64,000 nucleotides of DNA from the NCBI GenBank assembly GCA_038087875.1, contig CM075998.1, forward strand, positions 5,954,001-6,018,000, written 5' to 3'. Below the pieces are notes generated by a model that saw only the letters and a list, made by a program, of their open reading frames with translations, was not told the origin of the DNA and did no database searches. The translations under genes were made by a program, and so were the position numbers. This DNA is from Malacoraja senta. Lineage: Eukaryota. Below are positions 40,409-52,296 of this stretch, in pieces (position 1 is the first letter of the stretch; each line of letters opens with the position of its first letter).

Positions 40409-41660
40409 TCAGTCTTACATCAGGAGTGGGGAAGATGCTGGAGTCGATTATTAAAGATGTTATAGCAGCGCATTAGGAAAGCAGTGACGGGATCGGTCAA
40501 AGACAGCATGGATTTATGAAGGGGAAATCATGCTTGGCTAGTCTTCTGGAATTTTTTGAGGATGTAACAAGTAGAATGGATAAGGGAGAGCCAGTGGATG
40601 TGGTGTATCTGGACTTTCAAAAAGCCTTCGACAAGGTCCCACACGAGATTAGTGTGCAAAATTAGAGCAGATGGTATTGGGGGTAGGGTATTGACATGGA
40701 TAGAGAACTGGTTGGCAGACGGGAAGCAAAGAGTAGGAGTTAGCGGGCCCTTTTCAGAATGGCAGGCAGTGACTAGTGGGGTGCCACAAGGCGCGGTGCT
40801 GGGACCACTGTTATTTACAATATATATTAACGATTTAGACAAGGGAATTAAATGTGACGTCTCCAGGTTTACGGATGACACAAAGCTGGGTGGCAGTGTG
40901 AGCTACGATGAGGATGCTATGAGGCTGCAGGGTGACTTGGATAGGTTGGGTGAGTGGGCAGATGCATGGCAGATGCAGCATAATGTGGATAAATGTGAGG
41001 TTTTCCACTTTGGTGGCAAGAACAGGAAGGCAGATTATTATCTGAGTGGCGTCGAGTTAGGAAAAGGGGAGGTGCAATGACACCTGGGTGTGCTTGTACA
41101 TCAGTCACTGAAAGTAAGCATGCAGGTACAGCAGGCAGTGAAGAAAGCTAATGGCATGTTGGCCTTCATAGCGAGAGGATTTGAGTTTAGGAGTAAAGAG
41201 GTTCAACTATAGTTGCACAGGGCCCTGGTGAGACCACACCTGGAGTATTGTGTGCAATTTTGGACTCCTAATTTGAGGAAGGACATTATTGCTATTGAGT
41301 GCAGCATAGGTTCACCAGGTTAACTCCCGGGATGGCGGGACTGACGTATGATGAAAGAATGAGTCGACTGGGCTTGAAAGGGGATCTTAGAAACGTATAG
41401 AATTCTTAAAGGATTGGACAGGCTAGATGTAGGAACGATATTTGGGGAGTCCAGAACCAGGGGTCACAGTTTAAGGATAAGGTGTAGGCCATTTAGGACT
41501 GAGAGGAAAAACTTCTTCATCCAGACGGTTGTGAATCTGTGGAATTCTCTGCCAAGAAGGCAGTGGAGGCCAATTCACTGGATGTTTTCAAGAGAGAGTT
41601 AGATTTAGCTCTTGGGGCTAATGGAATCAAGGGATATGGGGAGAAAGCAGGAACGGGGAA

Positions 41661-41688
41661 CTGAAGAAGGGTTTCGGCCCGAAACGTT
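41661..41688 (+). ncRNA. Minimal hammerhead core in an 86-bp TSD-flanked insertion
   Basis: CTGAAGAAGGGTTTCGGCCCGAAACGTT, identical to 31737-31764. Confidence 0.65.
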
Positions 41689-42775
41689 ACCTATTTCCTT
41701 CGCTCCATAGATGCTGCTGCACCCGCTGAGTTTCTCCAGCATTTTTGTGTAACGGGGAACTGATTGTGGATGATCAGCCATGATCACATTAAATGGCCCG
41801 AAAGGCCGAATGGCCTACTCCGGCACCTATTTTGCTATGTTTCTCAACCCCCCCCCCCCCCCCTCGACTGCTTTGCAAAACTTTCTTAATCTACTCTGGT
41901 GTTTAAGTTGTCGTAAGCCACTTCTTACATATCTGATATGTTTGCATTTTTATCTTTGATTCGCTATCTCCAATTCTTCCTCCTTTTTAACAACAAAAAA
42001 AGCCCACCCATCGCTTGCCAGGTTTTGTCCCGTCACCACCTCCTTTCCAGGGATTTTTCCCCTACTACAATTCTTCTGAAGAGTCCCTGACACACACTCA
42101 CCGGTCCATGTTCTCCACAGATGCTGCATGACCCGCTGAGTTACTCCAGCCTTTGGTTTTTGTTTAGTGATGTTATCATCATGTGAGTTGCAGATCAAAA
42201 TATTGCCCTCCAAGGAAACTGTAGGGGGAAAAAGCTCCAATACTTACCCGATAGATGTTCCTTGCTATTTGAGCAGTTGCATCAAGGTTTGTCTTTTTGG
42301 GGTGAGGGGGGGGGGGGGTGTTGTGGTGTAGCTGTTTGGCCTCTGTGCTGTAAGCACTTGACATCAAGTGACCAGAGTCAGATGAACTGACTCTTACAAA
42401 TGAATGTCTGAGGGAAAACAGCGCAATGAATGACTTGACAATACATCAGACTTGGCAAAAGTTGCAGGCAGTTGTATCCTGGTCTTTGCAAACCTTCCTA
42501 ACTCTACTCTGGTGTTTTAGTTGTCATAAGCCACTTCTTCCATTTCTGATGTGTAGGAAAGAGGTGCAGATGCTGGTTTAAATCGAAGGGAGACACAAAA
42601 AGCTGGAGTAACTCAGCGGGACAGGCAGCATCTCTGGAGAGAAGGAATGGGTGACATTTTGGGTCAAGACCCTTCTTCAGACTGATGTCTTACATTGCTA
42701 ATATGTTTGCATTTTTAGCTTAAAACCCCTCCTGCAAATTCATATTAACTCTCTCTCTCTCTCCTCTCATTCCAG

Positions 42776-42964
42776 ATCTCGGGTATTGCACTGATTGTGG
42801 TTGGGATTCTGGTCCAGACCAAGCTGAATGGCACGCTGCACATCACCAGTGTTGCTGCCTCTGGAGCTCCCATTGTCATCATTATAGTTGGGGTGATCAT
42901 CAACTTTGTGGCCTTCTTTGGTTGCTGCGGTGCCTGGAATGAGAATTACTGCATGGTGACCACG
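42776..42964 (+). CDS. CD63: CD63 coding exon 2 (ISGIALIVVG...FFGCCGAWNENYCMVTT), TM1 end, small loop, TM2
   Basis: (CT)n polypyrimidine tract and CAG| at 42775, donor ACG|GTAAGA. 189 nt, phase 0. Contains the tetraspanin GCCGAxxENYC motif. Confidence 0.97.
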
Positions 42965-44105
42965 GTAAGAGGCTGTGTTTGCTGCACTCTCCTACAGGGT
43001 GGAGTTGAATGGGAGGGGTGCATCTTTGTGTCGTCGTCTTTCCATTCAAGACCCCTCATGACATGCAAGACCACCCTGGTCTAGCAGTGGAGCAGCAAAG
43101 AAGTTGTCCGTTGGGATTTGAGGCATGCTTTTGTGGAATATTGAATGCCCTTTTTGGTCCTGGGGAAATAGCTGTTAACATCCAACAAGAGGAAATTAAA
43201 AAGGTAAATGCCTGTAATGCAGGTGGAATGACCTGAGTGATAGGACGACGTCACTTGGTTTCTTTGGCGTTCCCAATGTTATTTTCATAGAATAGTACAG
43301 GAACAGGCCCTTCGGCCCCCTCCAGGTTTGTGACGAACATGATGCCAAGTTAGACTGATCTCATCTGCCTGTACTTGATCCATATTCCTCTATTCTCTGT
43401 CTAAAAGCCTCTGAAGCACCACTTTCCTATCTGCCTCCACCACCACTCCTGGCTGTGTGCTCTATCCCCCAACCACTGTGTCGTTTTAAAAGAAACACAC
43501 TTTCCCCACACATCTCCATTAAACTTTCCCCTTCTTGCCTTGTAGCTATGCCCTCTAGTGTTTTGATGGGAGGTGGGGGGTGGGGGGGGTGAGGAAAGAG
43601 AGGTTTCTGTCTACACTATCTATGCCTCTCATAGTTTTATACACTTCTATCAGGTTTCCTTCAATCTCTGACGTTCCAGAGAAAACAATCCAAGTCTGTC
43701 CAACCTCTCCCTTTAGCTGAAACCCTCTAATCCAGGCAGCGTTCTGGTAAACCTCTGCACCCTCTCCAAAGCCCCCACATCCTTCCTGGAATGGTGACCA
43801 GATACTTGTTCACCCATTAGTTGACTGTTCACTGTTGCTGGGTACATGGGATATCTAGTCCAGCGTGCTTGCCAAATTATTTTTTTTCTTTCGCTTCTCT
43901 CACCACCCAATTCATCTGTCTGGGATGATTCAGTAAAGTGAAATCCATGGGTTGTCTCCGAGAAGTTTGTTGGTCCAATTTATTTAATAATAATAATAAT
44001 AATGGTGAACAACAACATTGAATGCCTTCTGATTTCAGGGATGAAGTCTTATGTGGTTTAATTTTTTTTAATTTTTTTTTAAGGGAATTTCTTGAAGGGA
44101 ACATT

Positions 44106-44504
44106 CTAGAAACCTAGAAAATAGGTGCATGAGTAGGCCCTTCAAGCCAGCACCGCCATTCAATATGATCATGGCTGATCATCCAAAATCAGTACCCCGT
44201 TCCTGCTTTTTCCCCCATATCCCTTCATTCCGTTAACCCTAAGAGCTAAATCTAACTCTCTCTTGAAAACATCTAGTGAATTGGCCTCCACTGCGTTTTG
44301 TGGCAGAGAATTCCACAGATTCACAACTCTCTGGGTGAAGTTTTTCCTCATCCCAGTCCCAAATGGCCGACCCCTTATTGTTAAACTGTGACCCCTGGTT
44401 CTGGACTCCCCCAACATGGGGAACATTTTTCCTGCATCTAGCCTGTCTAATCCCTTAAGAATCCGATATGTTTCTATAAGATCTCCTCTCGTCCTTCTCA
44501 GATC
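44106..44504 (-). mobile_element. CR1 3' fragment
   Basis: ESRTRGHSL...FTQRVVNLWNSLP peptide, with the (TAGAAAC) tail at the left end. Confidence 0.9.
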
Positions 44505-44843
44505 CTCTCACCACCCATTCATCTGTCTGGGATGGTCCAGTAAAGTGAAATTGTGGGGCTGTCTCCAAGAAGTTTGTTGGTCCAATTAAAAAAAAAAAAA
44601 AAAATAAAGCAAAAAAAAAAATTTAAAAAAATAAATAAATGACGATAATGATAATAATAATGGTGAACAACAACATTGAATGCCTTCTGATTTGGGAATG
44701 AAGTCTTCTGGGTTTTTTTAAAGTAAATTTCTTGAAGGGAACATTATCTAGTAATTTTACTTCCCTCTCAGCTGAAGTTGTGATATTAAGAAGCTGGTCT
44801 CCAACCTGTTGAAATGAGTGTTTTATTTTATTTTCTCTCCTAG

Positions 44844-44918
44844 TTTACAGTTCTTCTTGTTCTCATCTTTCTTGTGGAGATCGCTGCTGCTATTGCTGGT
44901 TACGTTTTCAAGGATCAA
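44844..44918 (+). CDS. CD63: CD63 coding exon 3 (FTVLLVLIFLVEIAAAIAGYVFKDQ), TM3
   Basis: ttttctctccTAG| acceptor, CAA|GTGAGT donor, 75 nt. Matches human LVEVAAAIAGYVFRDK. Confidence 0.96.
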
Positions 44919-46056
44919 GTGAGTAGTGTATTGTCCCATCTCTGGGCAACGCTGCATAATGTTATCTTGATAGGTGGTTTGTATTGTATGGGATAATGCC
45001 TTTGTAAACAAGGTGGGAGGATTGAAAGGAACTTCCTACACTTTTTGTAAGAACTTCTGCTATATTTCAATGGTTTTGAGCATTCTAAAATCAAAATGGA
45101 GCTGGAGAAACTCAAAAACTCGAGTTGATGGAAATACTTTGGCAGCTCAGGCGCTGACTACAGCAAGAGGGGGGAGATAAAAGGGCTGGAGTATCTCAGC
45201 AGGATAAGCAACGTCTCTGGAGGACATGGATAGGTGATGTTTTGGGTTGGGAATCTTTTGGAAACCAGCACCTGGATTTCCTTGCTTCGACTACAGAGGG
45301 AGAAATGGTTAATACTTCAATTGCGGGACTCTTTGCCAGAACTTTATTCAATATCTGAAACGTAATGGTTTCTCCGTCAGGATTGTCGTCTGACTTGTTG
45401 AGTGTTTCCAGAATTGAGTTTTATTTCAAGACGGGGCTGCAGTTGTTTAGAAGGTGCCCTCCAATAGGAGTGAACAAAGTTTTAAGTGATGGTCATTGGC
45501 TCATTGCGATGTACACCATGGAAATGGGCCCTTCGGCCCACCTTGTCCAAGCTGACCAAGATGGCATACTGGGCTAGTCCTATTTGTCCCATTGACCATC
45601 AAAATGCTTCCCATCCATATGTCAAAATGTCTTTTAAACCTTTTATCCGCTTCTATAGTTGAACTGGCAGCTCATTCCATATAATTTCTCGGCGAGTGAA
45701 ACAAAGTTGGCTCTGAGGACCCTCTTCTCTCCTCTCACTTTAAGCATTTGCCCCTCTAGTTTTAGAATCCTCTAACTTGGGGGGGTGGGGGGAGACTGTT
45801 CACTTAATCTATGCCCCTCATCTTGTAATGTCAAAGATCTTCCCCCACCCTCCTACGCTGCAAAGAGGCAAGTCCCAGCCTATCCAACTTCTCCCTTTGA
45901 CTCGAGCCCAGGTAACATCCTGGTGAATTGTTTTTTTGCGCCCTTTCAAACTTGCATCCTTCCTATTGCTGGGTGACCAGAACTGCACGCAGTGCTCGAA
46001 GTGTGGTCTCACCGAAGGCTTGCACAGCTGTCCCAACGCTTGCACGCAGAACACAA

Positions 46057-46380
46057 GGGCGGCACGGTGGCGCAGCGGTAAAGTTGCTGCCTCACAGCGC
46101 CGGAGACCCAGGTTCGATCCCGACTACGGGCGCTGTCTGTACGGAGTTTATACGTTCTCCCCGTGACCTGCGTGGGTTTTCTCCGAGATCTTCGGTTTCC
46201 TCCCACACTCCAAAGACGCACAGGTTTGTTGGTTAATTGGCTTGGTAAATGTAAAAAAAATATTGACCTGTGTGTGTGTGTAGGATAGTGTTAGTGTGCG
46301 GGGATCGCTGGTCGGCAAGGACCCGGTGGGCTGAAGGGCCAGTTTCCGTGCTGTATCTCTAAACTGTATCTCTAACTAAA
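46057..46380 (+). mobile_element. tRNA-derived SINE (HE1/V-SINE-like), best preserved of about 20 copies in the window
   Basis: A box TGGCGCAGCGG at 46068-46078, B box GGTTCGATCC at 46111-46120, CR1-like 3' tail GGGCC...GCTGTATCTCTAAAC. Other copies (approx.): 1-108(-), 1938-2245(+), 2935-3210(+), 8680-8965(+), 9495-9700(+), 14490-14780(-), 23870-24120(+), 25596-25870(-), 27898-28160(+), 34860-35150(-), 35390-35682(+), 36540-36838(-), 37190-37420(+), 38090-38390(-), 49848-49990(-), 57135-57392(-), 57470-57690(-). Confidence 0.9.
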
Positions 46381-46651
46381 CAAATCACTTCCCAATGGAG
46401 GGGCAAGCGTGCCAGAAACCGCCTGCACCACCCTGTCCACCTGACTCCTCACTAAGCAGTGAGATTTGTCACTGCCTCTAGTTCTGTCATCTTGAGTAAC
46501 GGCAGCACAAAACACAAGGTTGTTGGCCAGTGAGCATCAGGCTCTCATTGTAGTATCCACCTCCACTGCCTGAGAATTGGCCAGTGTGTTATGCCGAGCT
46601 GACGGCTAAACTTTGATGTTTCAAGTATTGTTCTTGTCTTGTACCTGACAG

Positions 46652-46744
46652 ATTCGAGATGCCTTTGGGAAGACATTTAATGAAACCATGACCAACTACA
46701 ACCAGTCAACGAATGCTGCCAATGTTGACAACTTGCAGAGACAG
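46652..46744 (+). CDS. CD63: CD63 coding exon 4 (IRDAFGKTFNETMTNYNQSTNAANVDNLQRQ), large extracellular loop helices
   Basis: cttgtcttgtacctgaCAG| acceptor, CAG|GTGAGT donor, 93 nt, open in phase 0. Position and the D-x-L-Q end fit the tetraspanin large loop. Confidence 0.9.
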
Positions 46745-48514
46745 GTGAGTGGACATGCGAGGAGCCTTTTGACTGTCACTTTCATTATGCAGGGTCATAG
46801 AAACATAGAAACATAGACAATAGGTGCAGGAGGAGGCCATTCGGCCCTTCGAGCCAGCACCGCCATTCATTGTGATCATGGCTGATCGTCCCCTATCAAT
46901 AACCCGTGCCTGCCTTCTCCCCATATTCCCTGACTCTACTAGCCCTATGTCAATGGTGAAACATTTAAAGCAGAGATTCCTTTTTTTATTAGCGGAAAAG
47001 GAATGACCTCCTTGAGCAGAGGTATGTTTGTGCAAGTGGTATCATTGTGCTCTCTTCACCCCACTCTTTCTCCCCCCCCCCCCCCCCCCCACCATTGGAA
47101 ACCTTGTGGGCATTTCCAGGGAACAACTGTAAAATCTTCTGTCAGCTCTTGGTAATTTAATTGTAGATGAATACTGACTTGAAGTGAGGATCGACTGCAA
47201 GTGAGCACTTTAAGCTACTATTTATAATATTGTTCTCCAGGGGCCTGGGCTAAGAGAACACAAAACCGAAGAAAGACACAAAGTGGGACAGGCGGCATCT
47301 CTGGAGAGAAGGAATGGGTGATGTTTCCGGTCGAGACCCGTCTTCAAAAGAGACCCTTTTCTTCCGAAGAGAAGACACGGGCCTCGACCCGAAACGTCAC
47401 CCATTCCTTCTCTCCAGAGATGCTGCCTGTCCCGCTGAGTTACTCCAGCATTTTGTGTCTAGCTTCGGTCTAAGCCAGCATCTGCAGTTCCTTCCCAACA
47501 TAGAACTGTCCAGGGGAGGAACAGGCCTTTCAGTCCACAGTGTTTGTTGGACATGGTGCCAAATGAAACTAACTGCCTGCATGTGATTTGCATCCCTCCA
47601 TTCCCTGCATATTCTTAGGCCTATATAAAAGTTACGTAAGCACCACGATCGTATCTGCTTTCACCGTCCTCCCTAGCAGACAGTTACAGGCACCCACCAT
47701 TCTGTATATATAAAAAAACTTGACTCGCACGTCTCCGTAAACCCCCCCCCCCCCCCCCGCCACCTAGAGTTATGCCTTTAACTAGAGTCTTTGACGGGAT
47801 TCCCTTGGCCTCCCAAGTTCCAGAGAAAATATTCCACGTTTGTCCAACGTTTACTTGTCGCTAATACCCTTTGATTCAATGGTAAACTTCTGCCGCCTCT
47901 CCAAGGATCGTGCATTCTTCCTGTTATGGGACAGCCAGAACTGCACGCAATACTCCACCAGCGGCCTTGCCAAAGTCCATAAAGCTGCAACATGACCTTC
48001 TGACTCTTGTACTCCATGCCCTGGTTAATACCATGCATAGAAACATACAAAAATAGTAGGCCATTCGGCCCTTCGAGCCAGCACCGCCATTCAATATGAT
48101 CATGGCTGATCCTCTAAAAATCAGTACCCCGTTCCTGCTTTCTCCCCATATCCCTTGATTCCTTTAGCCCTACGAGCTAAATCTAACTCTCCCTTTACTG
48201 CTCTATCTACTAGTGTTGCCAATATCAGGAAGCTATGGACTTGGACCCCAAGATCCCTCTTTACATCAATGCTGTACATTCTTGTTACCCCCTGCCCTTG
48301 CACTTTCCCCTTGCATCCATCCTCCTTAATTGCAGCACCAGTGGTGCAGCGGGTAGAGCTGCTGCCTCGCAGCGCCAGAGACCTGGGTTCCATCTAGTAA
48401 TTCAAATGATATTTGCTAACCCAATGGTTTGAACTAAGAATCTTGAGCCTCTGATCCCAGTGAGCTCTTGTTAACAAGGTGAGTCCATGTGTCCTTGTTT
48501 GCCATTGTGATATA

Positions 48515-49472
48515 TAACCATATAACCATAACAGCACGGAAACAGGCCATCTCGGCCCTTCAAGTCCGTGCCGAACATTTTTTTTTTTTTTTAATTAAAA
48601 ATAAATACTTCCCCCTAGTCCCATCTACCTGCACTCAGACCATAACCCTCCATTCCTTTCCCGTCCATATACCCATCCAATCTATTTTTAAAGGATAACA
48701 TCGAACCTGCCTCCACCACTTCCACTGGAAGCTCATTCCACACAGCTACCACTCTGAGTAAAGAAGTTCCCCCTAATATTCCCCCTAAACTTCTGTCCCT
48801 TAATTCTCGTCATGTCCCCTTGTTTGAATCTTCCCTACTCTCAATGGGAAAAGCTTATCCACGTCCACTCTGTCTAACCCGCTCATAATTTTAAAGACCT
48901 CTATCAAGTCCCCTCTTAACCTTCTGCGCTCCAAAGAATAAAGACCTAACTTGTTCAACCTTTCTCTGTAACTTAGTTGCTGAAACCCAGGCAACATTCT
49001 AGTAAATCTCCCCTGTACTCTCTCTATTTTGTTGACATCCTTCCTATAATTAGGCGACCAAAATTGTACTCCATACTCCAGATTTGGCCTCACCAATGGC
49101 TTGTACAATTTTAACATTACATCCCAACTTCTATATTCAATGCTCTGATTTATAAAGGCCAGCACACCAAAAGCTTTCTTTACCACCCTATCTACATGAG
49201 ATTCCACCTTCAGGGAACTATGCACAGTTATTCCTAGATCCCTCTGTTCAACTGCATTCCTCAATTCGCTACCATTTACCATGTACGTCCTATTTTGATT
49301 TGTCCTGCCGAGATGTAGCACCTCACATTTGTCAGCATTAAACTCCATCTGCCATCTTTCAGCCCACTCTTCCAAATGGCCTAAATCTCTCTGTAGACTT
49401 TGAAAATCAACTTCATTATCCACAACACCACCTATCTTAGTATCATCTGCATATTTACTAATCCAATTTTCC
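48515..49472 (-). mobile_element. CR1-clade LINE 3' portion, immediately upstream of the exon 5 acceptor
   Basis: ORF 48800-49474 (ISKYADDTKIGG...LEYGVQFWSP...LYSLERRRLRGDLIE) is uninterrupted for over 200 aa. Confidence 0.93.
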
Positions 49473-49528
49473 ACACCTGATGTGTGTATAACCTGCTAAC
49501 TTCAGTCTTTGTGTTCCTTTTTTTGCAG

Positions 49529-49660
49529 TTCAAATGCTGTGGTGCTGCCGGCTATACTGATTGGTTCGCTCAAACGCCTAACAGAGTGCCGGATTCTTGC
49601 TGCAGGAATGTCACGCGAAACTGTGGCCGCACCACGACTGCTGCTGTCATATACCGACAG
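49529..49660 (+). CDS. CD63: CD63 coding exon 5 (FKCCGAAGYTDWFAQTPNRVPDSCCRNVTRNCGRTTTAAVIYRQ)
   Basis: Branch-like CTGCTAAC at 49493-49500, T-tract and CAG| acceptor, CAG|GTGGGT donor, 132 nt. CCG and PDSCC tetraspanin motifs; human has FKCCGAANYTDW...RVPDSCCINVT. Confidence 0.97.
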
Positions 49661-50676
49661 GTGGGTAATGGTTCATCCTCTCTAGCACTATTAAACATGA
49701 GGGCGGGTGTACGCCACACCCTTCTGAGGGCTAGGAACCCCCCCCCCCCCCCCGGGACGACCTATACTTTGCCCCCAATGTCTGTAGCTTGCAGCTTCAC
49801 GCGGCGAGAGGAGATGGTGGTGGAATCTCTCTTTGTTGCTTTCACCATACAGCGCGGAAACAGGCCCTTCGGCCCACCGAGACCGTGCCGACCACCGATC
49901 CCCGCACATTAACACTACCCTACACACACTGGGGACAACTTCCAATTTTACCAAGCCAATTAGCCTGCAAACCTGTACGTCTTTGGAGTGTCTGTACACC
50001 CTGTACATGCGGTGTCGCAGATTCAGTCGGTGTAACTTCTGGCTGCATTTGAACCCGTGCACTCGTGGGGCATGGTGGAACTCCTGTAGTCGTAGATGGG
50101 AATGCCCCACTGATGCAGAGAATGAGTTTCTAGCCCACCAGGTCATTTTGGGGATGTTTCAGTTTAAACATGTAAAGAAGTGACTGAAGATCTTGGGTTG
50201 TCTTTGAAAAACAATGGCTTCATTATCCTTGTACTTTTTGGAGAAAGGGAGCTGCCTAGTCACAACAGCTCAGACTAGGCCTAGTCTCAGGCCTCCCTAA
50301 TGTTCGGGCATGCCATTGTAATGTCCAAGGAATACCAGAGTGGGCACATCCTGCAAGGTTCAGGTCGAGCGAGTTGTAGGCCCTCGATGGACATGCTCTT
50401 TTGTGATGGTGAAAAATCGGAGATTGGGGGGGGGGGGGGGTGATGTTTTTCCAGAGTGGGCATCCCTTTGTCTGTAGGCCTCAGCAGAACCAGTTTTATT
50501 TCCCCGTTGCTGAGCTTCTCCAGCATATGCAGCGTGCCTGGCCTTTGAACCAAGATGCCTAGGACATCCTGAAGCCCCCCACATACCGGGTCTGATGCGT
50601 GAGTCTCATGATTTGCTGCTTCATTCTTTGTTGCCTTTGCATTTGTCGCTAAGCTTTTTTATTTTCTGAAATATAG

Positions 50677-50760
50677 GGTTGTGTGGAGCTGATCAAAGAA
50701 TGGCTGAAAAACAACATTGTGATCGTGGCTGGTGTGGCTCTTGGGATTGCCATATTCCAG
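50677..50760 (+). CDS. CD63: CD63 coding exon 6 (GCVELIKEWLKNNIVIVAGVALGIAIFQ), end of large loop and TM4 start; CDS continues beyond
   Basis: TAG| acceptor at 50676, CAG|GTAAGA donor, 84 nt. Matches human GCVEKIGGWLRKNVLVVAAAALGIAFVE. Confidence 0.96.
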
Positions 50761-51809
50761 GTAAGATTCCTCCATGCGATGGCCAAAGTGACCACTGGAG
50801 ATGTCAACGTTGACAGCGTGCACTAGAGTGTTGTTTTCCACCAGCCGTGTCTCTTTTCAAGGCAGTGAATGAACCCTTTGCCTGTTGCTGGGCCTCTTTC
50901 TGCATGTTGCCTTGGCCTGAACAGATCTGGCCAAGGGAAACACAGTGTTTTGCTCCCTCTAGCCTGCCTGTTAGGGCACTGATCTGAGCATTGGGAAGGA
51001 CCGTCTCTTGGGCAAGTCTGTGTAATCCTATCAGGCAATGGATAGACACCTTCACAAACCGATCGAGGAAGCCCTGCCTCTTAGCATTTGGATTGTGTAG
51101 CCTCAATAGTTGAAGCCAAATTCTGTTGTATTTGAGTTATTTACTACAGTTTCTTCCTTGGGTCGGGCACGGGTCTGTTCCACGTAGGTAGAAAAGCCGG
51201 CAAGATTCTGGACCAAGATGAAGTCCTCTTCCTGGCCTGAGTTGAGAGATCATTTGGTGAGGAAGGAAGGGAAGGCAGGCGGCAGCATTCTTCAAACAAA
51301 AACGTTTGTGGTTGGTGATGGAATTGAAAACCACACTGGGCAGCTAACCGGGAGGGTGCCTCCTGTTTCTGTGAATACAAATTGTGGATCTTGCATCCTG
51401 TTTATGTAAATGAAAAAGCATCAATGTTACCAGTGCAGTGGGTGGCAGTTTGACTCTTGCAAAGAGGGTCCCAATGAGCTGGGTGGACTGCAAGGTTCCT
51501 TGCCTGATGTGTTCAACACTAGCTGCGTTGTAATTGTCAAAAGCTTCAGGAGGGTATCTACCCAATTATAGACCAGTTAATATTACCACTGTGTAGTATC
51601 TGGGAGTTGGGTATTAGAATGAAAGAGACCTTGCTCTCCTGTCACTAGATCCTAATTTCACTGAAGAAAGCTCTCGACCTGAAACATCACCCATTCCTTC
51701 TCTCCAGAGATGCTGAGTTACTCCATTTTGTGTTTATCTTTGGTTTAAACCAGCATCTGCAGTTCCTTCCTACTAATTTCACAATTTCCATGTTGGTTAG
51801 TCACCAGAA

Positions 51810-52170
51810 AATAGACACGAAAAGCTGGAGTGACTCAGCGGGTCAGGCAGCATCTCTGGAGAAAAGGAATAGGTGACATTTCGGGTCGAGACCCTTCTTC
51901 AGACTGAGAGTCCAGGGAGAGGGAAACGAGAGATACATAGAACAATGAATGAAAGATATGCAACAAGTAACGATGATCAAGGAAAGGTGGAGCCCACAAT
52001 GCTCTATTGTTGGCTGTGGGGAAGGTGATAATGAGTTACACAGACAGTGAAACTCAGCAGGACGACAGTGAAACTAGTACGACGACTAAGGTGGGGGGAG
52101 GGATGGAGAGGGGGTGCAAGGGTTTCTTGAAGTTGGAGAAGTCACTATTCATACTGCTGGGTTGTAAGTC
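51810..52170 (-). mobile_element. Penelope-like terminal repeat fragment
   Basis: Reverse complement of the repeat at 31085-31375. Confidence 0.75.
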
Positions 52171-52296
52171 ACCTAGTTCATTTGTACCCATTATAGATGA
52201 TTTTACTGCCTAAAGAATTATGTAAGACTTATGTTGGCAAGATGTGAGGATTCTGAAGTGGACAGTAAAGCTTCTATTAAGTGTAGCACTGGTTAT

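Larger units (their letters stand above)
38880..41845 (+). mobile_element. CR1-clade LINE ORF2 (APE to RT to 3' UTR), interrupted by a MITE and a hammerhead-bearing mini-insertion
   Basis: ORF 38765-39616 (VYRPPN, DFNL, LGNSDH), KSPGPDGLHPR, SGVPQGAVLGP. Same subfamily as 19500-20880. Confidence 0.93.

Noticed and set aside
42797..43084. ORFs 42797-43084 and 49484-49912 as stand-alone genes
   Set aside because: They are CD63 exons read through into intron; the splice sites define the real boundaries.
46057..46130. tRNA genes at SINE heads
   Set aside because: A and B boxes are present, but the sequence continues into the SINE body and tail in many dispersed copies, and no complete cloverleaf with terminator was seen.
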